Program-made: the position numbers and the translations under genes
NCBI GenBank assembly: GCA_964016885.1
Contig: OZ024740.1
Coordinates: 162,316,001 to 162,380,000 of the forward strand
Length of the DNA stretch: 64,000 bases
Reading direction: 5' to 3'
Source: Eledone cirrhosa
Lineage: Eukaryota
Shown here: positions 41,577-56,954 of the stretch, in pieces
Layout of the letters: every line of letters begins with the position of its first letter
How positions within the stretch are numbered: position 1 is the first letter of the stretch
Notes under the pieces: model-generated
Database searches by the model: none
Seen by the model: only the letters and a program-made list of their open reading frames with translations
What the model was told of the DNA's origin: nothing

Positions 41577-41687
41577 GTACTGACAATTGTTTCGTTGATT
41601 AGGTGAGTCTAGAGTTCGCTAATCGCTTGAGTTTGCGTCACTCGATCTCCAATACATTATTTACCTCTGGTCAACACATCAGAGTAC
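41577..41687 (-). ncRNA. Degenerate hammerhead ribozyme (CTGATGT core)
   Basis: GTACT-CTGATGT-GTTGA...TCAAC-GAAA-CAATTG-TC-AGTAC. Confidence 0.7.
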
Positions 41688-41862
41688 ACATCTACGTATA
41701 TATATACATATATATATATATATGTGTGTGTGTGTGCGTGTGCGTGTGCGTGTGCGTGTGTGTGCATGCGTGTGTGTATAAATAATGTATTCACAAAGGT
41801 TGAGCATTCTAAATATTGCCTGTACAGGTAATCAAAATGTGTATATATCTTTGGAGTACATC

Positions 41863-41922
<60 letters not shown>

Positions 41923-44226
41923 CGAAGGAAATGTGGTAAGGAACCAGGTGGACCATAACGCACCAAAGTACTCAATACTTAGGGTAGTAGAGTGGGTAAT
42001 AGGAACGAGTAAGACCCCAGAATTAGCGTCCAGAATTAGCCGTCGAAACGGCTTGAGCTCAGCCGTCGGGGTCTTACTCGTTCCTATATATATATATATA
42101 TATACAGGATGTACTCTAAATATTACCTGTACAGATAATCAAAATGTGTATATATACTTTGGAGTACATCCTGTATATATATATATATATATATATAGAC
42201 ATTTAACCAAGGTGCTGTATAGTAGGATGCAATCAAATACCACGTCTTTGCGGAGCGAACTTCTGAACTATTCGGTTTTGTAGATAGTATATTCGAAAAA
42301 TGCCTGAGTGGGTTATAGTAATAAAATTACAGTAGGATGTTTATTGGAGATTACTGTCCAGAGTGATAAACTGAAATGTGTATGTCTCTGTGCATGTTTG
42401 AGTCAATGTGTGAATATGTATTGTCTGTACTGTCCAAAAATTTCGAATAACTGATTTTACCGGAGATATTGTTTTTCTTCATATTTTTATTTAAACTAGA
42501 CCACCTGTGACCCATTCCCGTTCACTTCAAAATATTTTTTTAAATCATGTTCACTTAAAAATAATTATTAAATAATTAAAATATTCACAGACATCTATAT
42601 AGTGTGAAATGAAACTGGAACGCCCATATATATACGTGTGTCTATGTATATATATAAATGTGTGTGTGTATACATATATATGTATGTGTGTCTGTATATA
42701 TATATATATATATGTGGGTGTCTATGATCTATATACACTGGTCATAGACACACATATATACACACACACTCACACATATATATATATACACAACACCACC
42801 ACCAGCTCTCTCTCTCTTCCATTCTCCTTCCCTATCTCCTCTCCCCCTCTCTATGTATCTCTTTCAATCTACTCTCTCACAACCACTATCTCTTTCTCTC
42901 TATCTTTCTCTCTCTCTCTCATTTTGAAGGTACCCGGAAAAACCCCATATCTCGGGAACCTGTACTTCTATTTACGTGATACTTGTTTTATTCCATTTGT
43001 ATTCCCATTTCAGGGTCAACTTCCTTTCAAAGTATTTCTTCATTATGCGCCCTTTTGGCTGTATTATATTACAGACAAGCAAGCAATCACAGAGTTTTGG
43101 TAGTATATAGATTTAATCATTTCTAGAGAACATTCCACAAAATTATTCGCTTGAATAATTCCAGTCGATTAAAGTTTTTCAACTCACTATGTTATAGAAA
43201 TTCCCTTCCAAATAGAAAATAGAAAACATGACATAAGTGAAAATTGTAAATTACACTCAAAGATGAGATATAGTTTCAATAAATGAAATGAATGGATTCA
43301 AAAAGGCATTCAATACATGTGTGAAAGTGATATCCGAACGAGTATCCTCCACTACCAGATAGCTTGCCCTCAACCTCTTCGTCCCGGCCGACGGGATGGA
43401 GAATACATGGCTACAGAGGATGGCAAGGGAGATGCGCTGAAACAGCCGCTCCACCTCGTGGGGCTCGCAATTGTGGGTGGCCAACTCCGCTCCGATAGCA
43501 GTGTAGGGATGTGGTCCGGGGGGTAAAGACGCCGGAACTTTCCTGCTACAGGCTCTACCATAAACCTCCTATCGGAGAGCGACTGATATATGGACAGTTT
43601 GCACAAACTACATACCGAAATGGGACAGAAAAATTGCTACAATCGAATATTCTGTCCACCGGGGCCACGGGGCGGATAGCGTATGGGCTCCCATTTACTT
43701 ATAATAGTGAGAGATGTGGTGAATGAGTGAAAGAGAGAGAGAACATCAACAAACACACATATACAACTACGACATCAACAGCTAATAATGATATTTATCG
43801 AAAGCAATTGTTTCTACTTTGGGCGCAAGGTTAGCAATTACCCCAGTGCATTACTGGTGCTTTATTTTATAGACCCCGTAAGGATGAAAGGCAAAGTTAA
43901 GCTCGGCGGGATTTGAACTCAGAACGTAAAGGGCCATAACTCTATGCTGCAAATATGGTGTCAGACGCTTTACCGATACTGCCAATCCACAATGGTTTAG
44001 AAACTGTAGTAGAAATGAAGGAATGAATTAAATTAATACTAGTCCGAGCAGTAAGCCCTAGAACTAATATGGATGGGAGAGACATGGCGAAGATGACTGA
44101 CCAGATCGGTGTCAAATCACAAAAGGCTGAGACAAAAGCTTGGAAGTATCAGGGAGTATTAAAGACCGAGGGAGAGGGAGCAGACATATAGATAGATAGA
44201 CGGAGAGAGAGAAAGAGAAATAGAGC

Positions 44227-44289
<63 letters not shown>

Positions 44290-45303
44290 ATAGACAGATA
44301 TGTTTCTTTATTAGCCACAGGGGCACAAAAGAAGGGGACAAATACAATAAAAACGTGCAAAATACTATCACAAATGCAATTTAAAAATTAATCGATTTTT
44401 CCCAATAGGGGGAGACATTACATATGGGTAACACATACACCCGAAAAAAAATGTGCAACCCTCATCTACAGGCTGATATAGAGAGAAGACCCATTCACTT
44501 GGGCCATTCTCGCCCCTTTCACCCACCTTTCATAAAATTTGCTGGGGTATAGATAGATATGTTTCTTTATTAGCCACAGGGGCACAAAAGAAGGGGACAA
44601 ATACAAAGGGGGAAGTTTACATACAATAAAACAGTGTAAAATAATATCACAAATGCAATTTAAAAAATTAGTCGATTTTCCCCAATAGGGGGAGACAGTT
44701 CATATGGGTAACACATACCCCCGAAAAAATGTGCAACCCTCATTTCCAGGAGTACGAAGAGTTTGTACCCCTTTCCTCTCTTCCTCTTTTTCCTCAACCT
44801 ACAGGCTGATATAGAGAGAAGACCCATTCACTCGGGCCATTCTCGCCACTTTCACTCACCTTTCATAAAACTTGCTGGGGTACAGTACATAGATATATAG
44901 ATAGATAGATAGACAGACAGATAGACAGAGAGAAGGGGAGAAAGAGAGTAGCACAACAGTAATAAAAAACAGTTCGATTTAAAGATTATCAGTTCCCCTA
45001 TCTCTCCGCCCCGGGTTATCCAGAGACCCAGGTGTGGATAAAAATAATGTTTGAAGACTATCTGAAATATATAATTATAATATATATATATATACTATAT
45101 ATATATATATATAATATAATATATATATAATAATATAATATTATAATATATATATATATATATATATAATATATATATATATATATAATATTATATTATT
45201 ATATATATATATATATATATATAATAATATAATATTATATATATATATATATATATAATATAATATTATATTATTATATCTACCTGCATATAATATAATA
45301 ATA

Positions 45304-45345
<42 letters not shown>

Positions 45346-46123
45346 TGGATTGATGTTTATTGACATAGAGAGAGTGTCGTGTAGTAGGTATAGAGAGGGG
45401 TAGATTTCTGCCTCATATCACCCGCTTCCGTCTTTAAAATATGAAATATTCGTTAAAAGTACTCCAAGTGGACGCAATGCCGAAAAAATGTAATAGTAAA
45501 GACTAGAATACTTGTGGTCAAAGACCTGCGCGATCAAAACTAATCTGAGGTTAAGCAACTATAACAACTTGTGCCTCTTTTCTCTTCAGATTTCATTTAG
45601 AAGCAAACTATATGAATTTTAGGGGAAGAAAAAGGTTTATTATATCCACTAATGTACTTGACTGGTACTTTATCAAATCTGGACGTATTAAGAGAAAAGT
45701 TGACTTTGATATTTTAATTCAGTTCGTAAAATGTCAGAACAAATACCGCAAGACATTTTGTCCGATGCTCTACCAATTTTTCCAATCCACCGATTTCTTC
45801 TCTCCCGTAACATTGCGATGATTTATGTTAAATTATTGATTATTGCATTGAGCACACCCATGGGCAAATTTAATTTTGGCCATAACCCTTCTATCTTTTT
45901 TTTCAGTTTATCTAGGACAATACTATCCAATTTATCGTCTTTTGTTTAAAACATGGAATGCTTGCGAATTAAGAACAGATCGCTGCTGTTTCTAGAAAGT
46001 TGAGTAACCATGTAAAGACCCAATCATTGATTTACCTGATTTAACTAGATTAAAACGGCATGCAGATTCGGTGTGTAAAATCAACTGGATGCTTGCACAC
46101 ACACACACACACGCACGCACACA

Positions 46124-46244
<121 letters not shown>

Positions 46245-46247
46245 TGG

Positions 46248-46440
46248 CAGACCTGTCAACTCTCCTCGTCCGACGGGGAGATCTCACACCACTTTGGGGT
46301 GGGTGAGAGATGTCTTTTCTTGTGAAAATGGGTATAGCTTTCATTATGTAAAATCTCCCCATTTTGCTTTATTTCTCCCCGTTTTGGAGCACTTTTTTCG
46401 TGGTACTCACTGTTTGGGTTTTTAGAGGTTGGCAGGTCTG
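46248..46440. mobile_element. hAT-like MITE with 6-bp TSD
   Basis: TIR CAGACCTGTCAAC/GTTGGCAGGTCTG; CGATGG on both sides. Confidence 0.8.
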
Positions 46441-46629
46441 CGATGGGTTTCCGCACAGCTTCCGATTAACAAATGCCACTTACACGGTGTAAGCAAGTTC
46501 AAGGCTATTGTAGTAGACATCTGTCCAATGTGCTGTACATTGGAATCGAACGGAACCTAGAACCAGGTAATTGTGAAGTGAGCTTTTTAACTAACAACCA
46601 CACCTGAACTGGAATCATAGTTATGTTTG

Positions 46630-46812
46630 CAGAATTGCCAACCTCTAAAACGCCAAACGGGGAGTACCATGAAAAAATTGCTTCAAAACGGGAAGAAAAG
46701 AGGCAAAATAGGGATATTTTACATAATGAAAGCTATACCCATTTTCACAAGACATCGCTCACCCACCCCAAAGTGGGAGGGAGATTTCACCGTCGGAGAG
46801 TTGACAGCTCTG
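46630..46812. mobile_element. Second copy of the same MITE family in opposite orientation, 6-bp TSD
   Basis: TIR CAGAATTGCCAAC/GTTGACAGCTCTG; TGTTTG on both sides. Confidence 0.8.
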
Positions 46813-47254
46813 TGTTTGCCGGGAGGATAACTTGGCACTTGTAATAGCAAGATACGAACCGTTTACTCTTCGACTGCAGGGACGAACGGCTCCCTAAAAT
46901 GTAAAATAATTCGGCCTTCAGTGATTCTCATTAAGTACTTTAAGCTACTTGAAGTATTATTCAATGTTTTATTCATAATGTATAATATTGACAGCATCAC
47001 TTCCACCTAACCAGTTTTTACCGTCGAATTCCCACTGAATCATAGATATATTTTTTCTTCTGTTGACCTAATTGGTAACCTGTCCAACCTTAGATCAGTA
47101 AAGCAAATCCTATCATAACAGCTCCTAGAAAATATATATATGAAAAACAAAACAAGAACAACAACACTGTTGTTATTAAATATGTAGACAGAATATATGA
47201 AGTTTTATTTTACGACTGGGATCACAAGGTCAAATCTAACGAAATGTGTGTGTC

Positions 47255-47331
<77 letters not shown>

Positions 47332-47552
47332 TAACACACACGTGTGCGAGTGTGGTGTGTGTATGTTTGTGTGTTAAGGTTCCAAGTGTCACAATTTTGA
47401 CCTCCATAAGACTTCTAAACGGCAGGGTTTCGTATATATGTGATTACGGGGTGAAAAAATCTTTACTCGCAAGGGAAAAAGAAATGAATTTAGCTTGTAG
47501 GGAAAAACTTTCCGTTACACAAATACACACCCTATTGCACGCACAGAGAGAG

Positions 47553-47588
<36 letters not shown>

Positions 47589-47751
47589 GAAGAGGCTGAC
47601 ACACTCACCCTCACACACATACAAACGGATTTCATAAATTAAAGTAATGTGTGATTTTCTCTCCTTATTCTGCCACCTCATTTCTCCTATCTCTCACCCC
47701 TCCCCTTCTCCCCCTCTATGCATGCATTGCATATGTATGTATATATATATG

Positions 47752-47840
<89 letters not shown>

Positions 47841-47880
47841 GTATATATATATACGTGTATGTATATATACATATATATAT

Positions 47881-47963
<83 letters not shown>

Positions 47964-48743
47964 CTCACACAGATACACGTATATATATGGCACAAGGCCA
48001 GCAATTATCCAGTCTATTACTGGTACTTTATGTTATCGACCCCGTAAGGATGAAAGGCAAAGTTAACCTCGGCGGGATTTGAACTCAGAATGGCATATAT
48101 ATATATATGTAATATCACTTGTGTTATTCACTGTCTCGTTTCTTTTATCAAATACATAATCTTTCTTTACACCCCCCCCCCCCTCCGGTCCTTACCTCCA
48201 TTTCTTACTTTCTTTCTCTCTCGAGCATTTCCTTCCGCTTTCCTGTACTCCTTTTTAGCTACTCACATTCCTCCTACACACATCTTCCATGTTATATTGA
48301 CGCTATAGCACTTACCACACATTTTTTCAGGAAATGGATCTCCGTCGGTGTAGATGATTAGTTTTCCAGCCATTCGATTAACTGAATTACAAACTCATTG
48401 AATTTTTTTAAACTATGAATTATAAAGCCTTTATTTATGAATGCCATGTGTGGATAGGGGAGAAACTCTACACACGTGGCTAGACGGCATATTCCACTTC
48501 ACCCTGCGAACAGGATGGCAAAAGTGGTACCATGGAGAACAAGCGACATCCACTGCATCAGCCATTTCGCGGACCTCTTTCTACAGGCGTCATGTCATTC
48601 CAATTTAGAAGAGGAAAATTACACCTGGTAACAAAGTATCCCGGAGGTCTCAATGACACCATGCACAAAAAGGAGCCGAATAGTTTATGCGCGATATTTG
48701 GTCAACATACGCTCCTCTCCCTTGAAACGATGACACTGGATGC

Positions 48744-48792
<49 letters not shown>

Positions 48793-49004
48793 ACAAAGTG
48801 TGGTAAGGAACCAGGTGGACCATAACGCACCAGAGTAGTCGATACGTAGGGTAGGTAGTAGAGTGGGTAATAGGAAAAAAGTTAGGACCCCAACGGCTGA
48901 GCTCCTGCCGTTTCGACAGCTAGATCCGAACTGGTCGGATCTAGCTGTCGAAACGGCTGGAGCTCAGTCGTCGGGGGTCCTGCCTCTTTTCGTACACACA
49001 CACG

Positions 49005-49042
<38 letters not shown>

Positions 49043-49055
49043 ATAATATAATATA

Positions 49056-49086
<31 letters not shown>

Positions 49087-49317
49087 TTAGAAACACACAG
49101 ATACATGCGGACACACACATATACATGAATGCATCCACACCCAACCGTGAGTTAAGGGTGCCAACCTCACCGATGTTGCTCAATGAATGACTGGGACAGA
49201 CCAATCCGGTTGAACCAGACTGAACCAGTATCAGAGTTAAAAATACATTATGAAGAGAGAAGGAACATTTAGATATAATTAGTAATAAAATGTATCATAC
49301 CTAAACTGCTTCTAGAT

Positions 49318-49407
49318 TCCTCGACTACGTAGTTTCGTGGCATAAACAAAAACAATACATCATAAAGATATAGAGTCCTTGCGAGGTCTGCCGACTTATC
49401 AAGAGGA
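49318..49407 (-). ncRNA. Hammerhead ribozyme with a U3-A8 core variant
   Basis: TCCTC-TTGATAA-GTcGGCA...TGCCAC-GAAA-CTACGTAG-TC-GAGGA. Confidence 0.75.
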
Positions 49408-50039
49408 TACCTCATTTTACTAGCCTCAAGAACGCGTCAACACGACGTGAGAAAGAATCCCAAAAGGCGGAGGGGGAGATAGTCACGCGATATAACGGTC
49501 GAGAAACAGAGCTAAGCCTCTTATAACCCCGAAGAAAATACCACGGAGGCGGAGGGGGTATTTATATCGAAGCCGTAGAAGAGGTGGTGAAGGAGGCGAG
49601 AAGTATGAGTAATGGCAGCTTTCCAGCAGTCACCACACTTCAAAGATTACTCGACCAGAGGGAGTTATTATATATATATATATATATACGATACCAGTTA
49701 TTATATATATATACGAGTTATTATATATATATATACGATACCACTGGAGAAACTGGTAAAGTGTTATCTCGAGCAGGCGTTTATTGTCACCGCGGAGATG
49801 ATCCTGTTATGACGGGAAATAGATCGCATGGAGGCTCCTCTAAACGAGGTGGAGAGGAAAAACACCCCGCATTGCGGCAACAAGGGAGTCATTTTCATAT
49901 GAGAAGGAAACATTATCCAAGTTTACTGTTTGTGAAGTTTGACCTTATTTTTTTTCATTTCCTAATTTCTCCTAGTTTCTCCTAATTCTCTCATAAATGA
50001 AATCTTTAAAACAAAATGTAAATAGGTAATTCTAGGGAC

Positions 50040-50650
50040 TCCGGGAGAAATGAAGCAGGTGAAGTTCAAGTATCTCGGGGCTGTATTCAAAAATGATGGA
50101 AGGCAGGAAGCTGAATTAAGTGCAAGAATTACAGGAGTTGGTGTAGTAATGCGCCAGCTTCAGTATTCAGTAAACAGAAGAAGGGAGGTAGATGTAAAAG
50201 CCAAACTAGCTATCTTTCATTCTGTATTTGTGCCAACCTTTACCTCTGGTCATGAATCTTGGGTAATAACCGAAATGATACGATAATGAATACAAACGGC
50301 CGAAATGGGGATGCTCAGAAAGATCTTCGGAGTAATGTTACTCGACAGAGTGCGTAGCTCGGAGTTCAGAGAGTCACTCCAGATAGAGCCACTAATTCTC
50401 CGAATTGAGAGATCACAGCTCCGATACTATGGACATGCGGATAGAAAGTCTCGGGAGAGAATTGCTTGACAGATTTTACAGACAAAACCAACCGGCAAGG
50501 GACCCAAGGGTAGATTCTGAGCAAGATGTTTGGATAACATCCATGAGCTTGGCTGGTCTCGCTTGGTGATCCAGTCGGATCAGTTGGAGATGGTTGCTTC
50601 TGACAGGACCCACTGGATGGAGTGTTTGAGGACTGTTTCCATGACCCTCT
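50040..50650 (+). mobile_element. RTE-clade LINE 3' fragment related to 33300-34565
   Basis: FKYLG, AEM..LRKI.GV, LRYYGH. Confidence 0.8.
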
Positions 50651-51329
50651 CAAGAATAAGTATTGTTCGTTTACATTTGTTTCTAAAGTTTTTTTTTATA
50701 TATAATTTGTGTCACAAACTTTCAAAATTCTAAAGCTTCACTCAACATTGGCAGTACTAACTGGGCACAATGAATAACTGACGCAATACCTACAATAACA
50801 ATCAGTTTTAATATGGACACAATATCACCAATGTTTTGCAGAGGAGTGGGGTATTGTCTGTGAAATCACCTTCAACATTTAACAAATACTTATTTTATTT
50901 ACCCGAGAAGGGTAAAGCCAAAGTCGACCTTGGCAGCATTTGAACTCAGAACGTAAAGAGCTGTAACTTTTAAAATGATTCCTTCTAACAAGACACAATT
51001 TATTGTATACATTAATTGAATCAACTAATATATTATTACATATTTGAAATTTTATTGATGTTAGAGAGATTATAAACAAAGTTCATACCGATGGCAACTG
51101 AAGTAAGAAGAATGAAATACCGAAATTCAGATTTGATAAATAAAATAATAGTGCCTAATTCGTTGATTTCGTACTTATATGTAATACTAATAATTCTTTC
51201 TAACATTTGCAGAAGGCCAGCGATTTATAAGAAGGCGAAAGTCAGTTATCACGACCCATAACTTAACAGGTACTTTATTTTATCGATCCTGGTAGACTCA
51301 AGGCAAAGTTGACCGCAACGGAATTTGAA

Positions 51330-51386
<57 letters not shown>

Positions 51387-51776
51387 GATAGTATTCGGTA
51401 TAGTTTCCGTCCACTAAATTCAGCTCACAAGGTATTGAAGCTAAACTAGAAAACATATGTCCAAGGTACCACGTAGTGGGATGAAATCGTGAACCAAATC
51501 GTTGAAAAGTGAACTTCCTAATCACAAAACTATCATATACATGCGCCTATAGTCTATTCCTTTATTTCCAGAGACATATTTAATATTAAATAACAGCTAT
51601 TTATTAACCAACAGTTGCAATAAGTGGATGTAGCATTGTGAGTGAAATTGGTAAAACGGAGACTGCTTGGAAGCCCGTTGGATGAAGTGTAACGCTAATT
51701 TAAAGGGCCAGTATCGTCCTCGCTTTGTATTGAATCTCATCGAGAATTACGTAAGAGATACAGGTGCGTGTGTGAA

Positions 51777-52020
51777 GGCGCGTGTCTTTGTGGTTAGGGT
51801 ATTCGGCTCACGATCGTAAGATTGTGAGTTCGATTTCCGGTGGCGCATTGTGTCCTTGAGCAAGACACTTTATTTTATGTTGCCCCATCCATGCAGCTGG
51901 CAAAAATGAGTTGTACCTGTAATTCGAAGGGCCAGCCTTGTCACATTCTGTGTGATGCTGAATCTCCCCGAGAATTACATTAAGGGTAAGCGTATTTGTA
52001 GGGTACGCTTGCACGATAAT
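51777..52020 (+). mobile_element. tRNA-derived CORE-type SINE; diverged copy at about 22405-22700
   Basis: A box-like GTGGTTAG, B box GAGTTCGATT, CORE-like TGTGTCCTTGAGCAAGACACTT. Confidence 0.7.
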
Positions 52021-52346
52021 TTCAGGAACATTTCAAAAGGCATTGCAGTATCGGTAGAGGGTTGGACGCCATGCTTTCTAGCATAGTTACGTCCCTTTAC
52101 ATTCTGAGTTCAAATCCCGCCGAGGTTAACTTTGCCTTTCATCCTTACGGGGTCTATAAAATAAAGTACCAGTAATGTACTGGGTAATTTCTGGCCTTGT
52201 GCCTAAAGTAGAAACAATTATTTCAGCCGTGACCATCCCATCAATTTTTGTTGTCAAGATATTGTGTATCGAGGATTACATTATTTAATGTGTGTTTGTT
52301 TAAAGATGGCGTAATTTGAAGTACTCAGCACTGACTTTGAGTGTAC

Positions 52347-52412
<66 letters not shown>

Positions 52413-52589
52413 ATATATAAATTCGTGTGCATGTGTGTATATATACATATATAAAGACATATAAATAAGTATACACGTGTGTGCATTTGTGTGAATGTAC
52501 CTTAATGTAAATATATGGCAAACATTGTTGAATATATACGGTAGTTACAAGTGAAAATCACGCATTGAGAAAACGGAAGGAAATGGAAA

Positions 52590-52636
<47 letters not shown>

Positions 52637-55600
52637 AGACTTTAAAAAATAATAGAATATTGTAGAAACTAAAGTAGAGGCCTTTTATTTGCTAGGCTCC
52701 ACTATTAACCTATTGGCAACCATGAAGCTTTTAAAAATAGCATTAGTATCTTTTTGACCCAATTCTTTGGAAAACTGTTTTCCATCCCGCGTGGGTCCCC
52801 ATTTGCTCATAATAGTGAGAGAAGGGGAAGGCGTGAGAGACGGAGGCGATGGCAGTTGGAATTCGGCTCCTCTGTGTTCGAACCTGGCGTACATGTGTTT
52901 GCATTTTTACACCATCGACCCTCTTGACAACATTCTTGTCTTCAGATCAACTTAATTCTGATATTCTATTGAGGAATTCATAGCTGTATGGCCAGCCTGG
53001 CTATTTGCCTACCTACCTATGTACCTATTTAGTAATTCCTTCTTTTCAACATAATATTTAAAGATATTTGAAGCCTCAATTTTCCTTGACCTTCTCTCTC
53101 TTATCACCAAGGGAGTCACAAGCTAATGTGGAAACCAGTATGCTCTTGTTTGATCTGCTTGAAATAGCAGCTAAATCTCTACAAAATTGTACCCCTTACA
53201 TAAAGGACACATTAGACGATGTTGTCTCTGACACAGAAAAAGACGAAATGGCTGCAGCTAAAACGTTTTTCTTTATAGAGCACCAAGTTGAAAAATGGTC
53301 TTACTAGTCTTAACTAGTAACATATACATACATACACATACATACATACATACATACATACATACATACATACATACATACATACATACATACATACATA
53401 CATACAATCATACTTACATGCATACTTACATGCATGCATGATGGCTGCAACTCGATTTTGAGTAAGGCCATCGCTTGATACTTAAGCATGACGGATACTT
53501 AAGCATCAAGGGCGTGGATTTTTAGTCGTGCAAGGGACTTGCCTATGGCCAGCAATACCATGCACCGCATAAAATGGCATATATCAAGCGATGTCTTTGC
53601 TTGAAGCTATTTTTAGTGAAGAAAGGCTCTGAACATCGAATGCCTTTACCCCAAAAGTAGAACTGGTCTACATCACTGAATGCAAACGAAGTCGCAGGTT
53701 TTATATCAGAGTGACCTTCTACTAGAGAAATGTTGTAATGAAGACTAGGAGTCTCTCGCTTAAAAAAAAAAAAAATACATACATACATACATATATCATA
53801 TATAGCTCTGCTCGACCGGGGCTGACTCTGAGCCCAACAACAACAACAACATCATCGATATGATAGCACGTATAAAGGGCTAATATTGCTGAGATTCTGC
53901 TCCTCTTGATATCATTTCTACTAACTCTCAACGCCATGAGAAGGTGGAACCATATATGCTGGTCTACTGTGTGCTGGTGTTATTGTGGTCGTTATTATCG
54001 TGTCTCTTGTCGCTGCTGCCACAACTGCTATTATTGTTGTTGTTGATGTTGTTGATGTCGTTGTTGTTTACCGCCGTCGTCGTTGTTGTTGTTATCATTA
54101 CTTTGAAGTATTTAACCAGAATCCAGGAGGCAAAGAGATTATGGAGGAAACAGGTCATGGAACATTTATAGAACTGTCTTACAATGTTGATTACGTTGAA
54201 GCACTTCTGGAAAATGTATCGCTTACATACATTCGCACACAAATTCACAGACATATATACTCATGTACACACATACACATATAAACACACACGTACAATC
54301 ATACTCACTTACACACACGTACTATCATACTATCACTAACATACCCGCACTCTCACAAACACACATGCGAACACACATGCGCGCACATACATCCACGTAC
54401 ATGCGTTCACACGTACCGTACACAATCACTCCTACACATACATTAACAGAACTGGACATTTGTGACTACACACAGATATATATATATATATATATACACA
54501 AGCACATGCGCACACACATGTATACATGTACTTACGTACTCACACAAACACACACACACAGACGTATCACATACACACTTACACAGAAAATATTAAAATA
54601 AAGCTGTACCACTCTTTCGTGGCTAATATTTCTATTACATGCGAGGGTGGTGGATTGGCAGTATCGGTAGAGTCGTACGCCATGCTTTGCAGCAAAGAGT
54701 TATGGCCCTTTATGATCTGAGTTCAAATCTCACCGAGGTTAACTTTGCCTTTCATCCTCATGGGTCGATAAAATAAAGTACCAGTCACGCACTGGGGTCG
54801 ATTTAATCGACTTTCCCCTCCCCCCCAAATCACTGGCCTTGTGCCTATATAAGAAACCAATACTTCTATTACATGCAGCTGGTGTATTGGCAGAATTAGT
54901 ACAGTGTAGGATAAAATGTTATTGTGTTATTTGTTCTGGCACTTTACATTCTGATTTCAATCCCACCGAGGTCAACGTTGCTTCTCATTCTTCTGGGCTC
55001 GATAAAATGAAGTTCTACTCTAATACTGGCGTTGATTTAATCAACTTTGCTCTTCCTCCAAATTTGTTGGCTTTGTGCCTAAGTTAGAAATCAATATTTC
55101 TAATAGATACTAGAAATGATATAGAAAGCCGTGTTTAAACCAGTTATATTTAGAGGGAAGCCATATGGTTCCACAAGGGGCACAACATACGTTTTAGAGA
55201 CCACGTGAAAAAATAGGATGTTTTGAGAACCACAAAAATTTAATTGCTTCACCTTATTTTAAAAAGAAATATATAAAATTCACAAGAAAAATTACACGAA
55301 CCAAATATAAATTTTAATCACTTAACGCAACATAATAGGTTCTAAAAATGATTAATCGTGCATTTTATAAATCTATGACTGTTTTAAGCCAGAAGGCTCG
55401 TTATAGCGTTATACCGATGCTTACCCCGGTTTCATGGAAGCGACTGACAGTACAAGACTCCCCTTTGAACATGACGCCAATCCATCGCAGGGTTAAACCC
55501 CCAGCTATTGATGGTACTCATTTTCAGCTGAGTATACTGGTGCAACGTGGAATGAAGTGTTTTGCTGAAGAACAACAACCCGCAACCCAGCCCAGAAATC

Positions 55601-56903
55601 GAATTCGCGACATTATGCTCGTAAGTCTAACACCCTTACCACTAGGTATTTTATAAGATACATGTAAATTGATTTAGATTTTAGATTGTCTTATGAAAAA
55701 ATATGATGTAACTCCCCTTTTTTTATGACATTCACCGTCAACCACATTTTTGTTATGAATCACTGTCACACCATAAATATTGAACATTGTGATAGTTTAC
55801 TACTATTTGATAAAGTAAATGGACCTCCGTCGATTTCGTAGTTAATTATTCCAGCCGTCCAATCAATGAGACGGACAACTTGTTAAATTAGAGCATAAAT
55901 GGCTGAACGTATATCCTGAAAGTAATTCTCAGGGAGACTCAGTGTGATGAAGTGTTGTTACAAGGCTAGCCCATTTGAATTACAGGTATAGCCCGTCTGA
56001 TAGACTTCCAAACAATTTCTGCCTACCCAATTTTACTCACAATGCTTGTGAGTTGACTCCAGACAATGAGGCAAAACCCTTGATGCAGTAAGATTAAAGC
56101 CGGAATATAATGATTGTCCATACTGTACAATATCTAGCTACTAAGGGAGATAGACTTTCAAAATCACTAGAGCGTCGAATAAATGCCATTGCAGTATTTA
56201 TTCTGCCACGTTACATTCTGAGTTCAAATCCATCCGATTTCAACTTTACTTTTTATTCTTCCAGCACTGACAAAATAAAGTACCAGTCAAGTAATGAGGT
56301 TGGTTTAATCAATTTAGCCTTCCCCAAAATTTTCTGGCCTTGTACCTAAATTTGAAATCAGTACTAGAGCTATTAAAATACAAGATAATCATATAGAAAC
56401 AATAGCATTTAACAGTTTCTATGGAGTTATTTGGCAACGCCTGAAAAGCAAGAGTGCAATATTTTAGTCGCTAATCTCCGTTTCTCCTGATCCAGTTCAT
56501 TTCTATGTTCTTCCTACTTAAGTTATCATGTTTTATTCTCCCCCCCCCCCCATAAGATAAACGTGAGATACATACATACATACATACATACATTGTGGCT
56601 GCCAACTCGTTTTCGAGTACCGCCACTACTTTATATCCATGTAGGAGAATCCCTACCGATGCGCTGAACGAGTGTGACTTTTTAGTCCAGCCAGCAACTT
56701 GAAAACTCTGGTACAAACACTACACTTGTGACAATTACTGACACATAGTGCTGGGCCCATGGTACCATGTGACGACAAGTGCAGAGAGATCTCCAGATAT
56801 AAAGCAATGCCTGTGCCGTGAAGCTTTTCTAGTGAGCAAAGGCACTGCACAAAGCCAGTCCCACTCTCTTAACCAAGATGATATTTACCAAAAAGAAGAA
56901 CAT

Positions 56904-56954
<51 letters not shown>

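Noticed and set aside
45045-45075. TTGAAGA..GAAA hammerhead-like string
   Set aside because: No stable stems, and the flank is a degenerate TA array.
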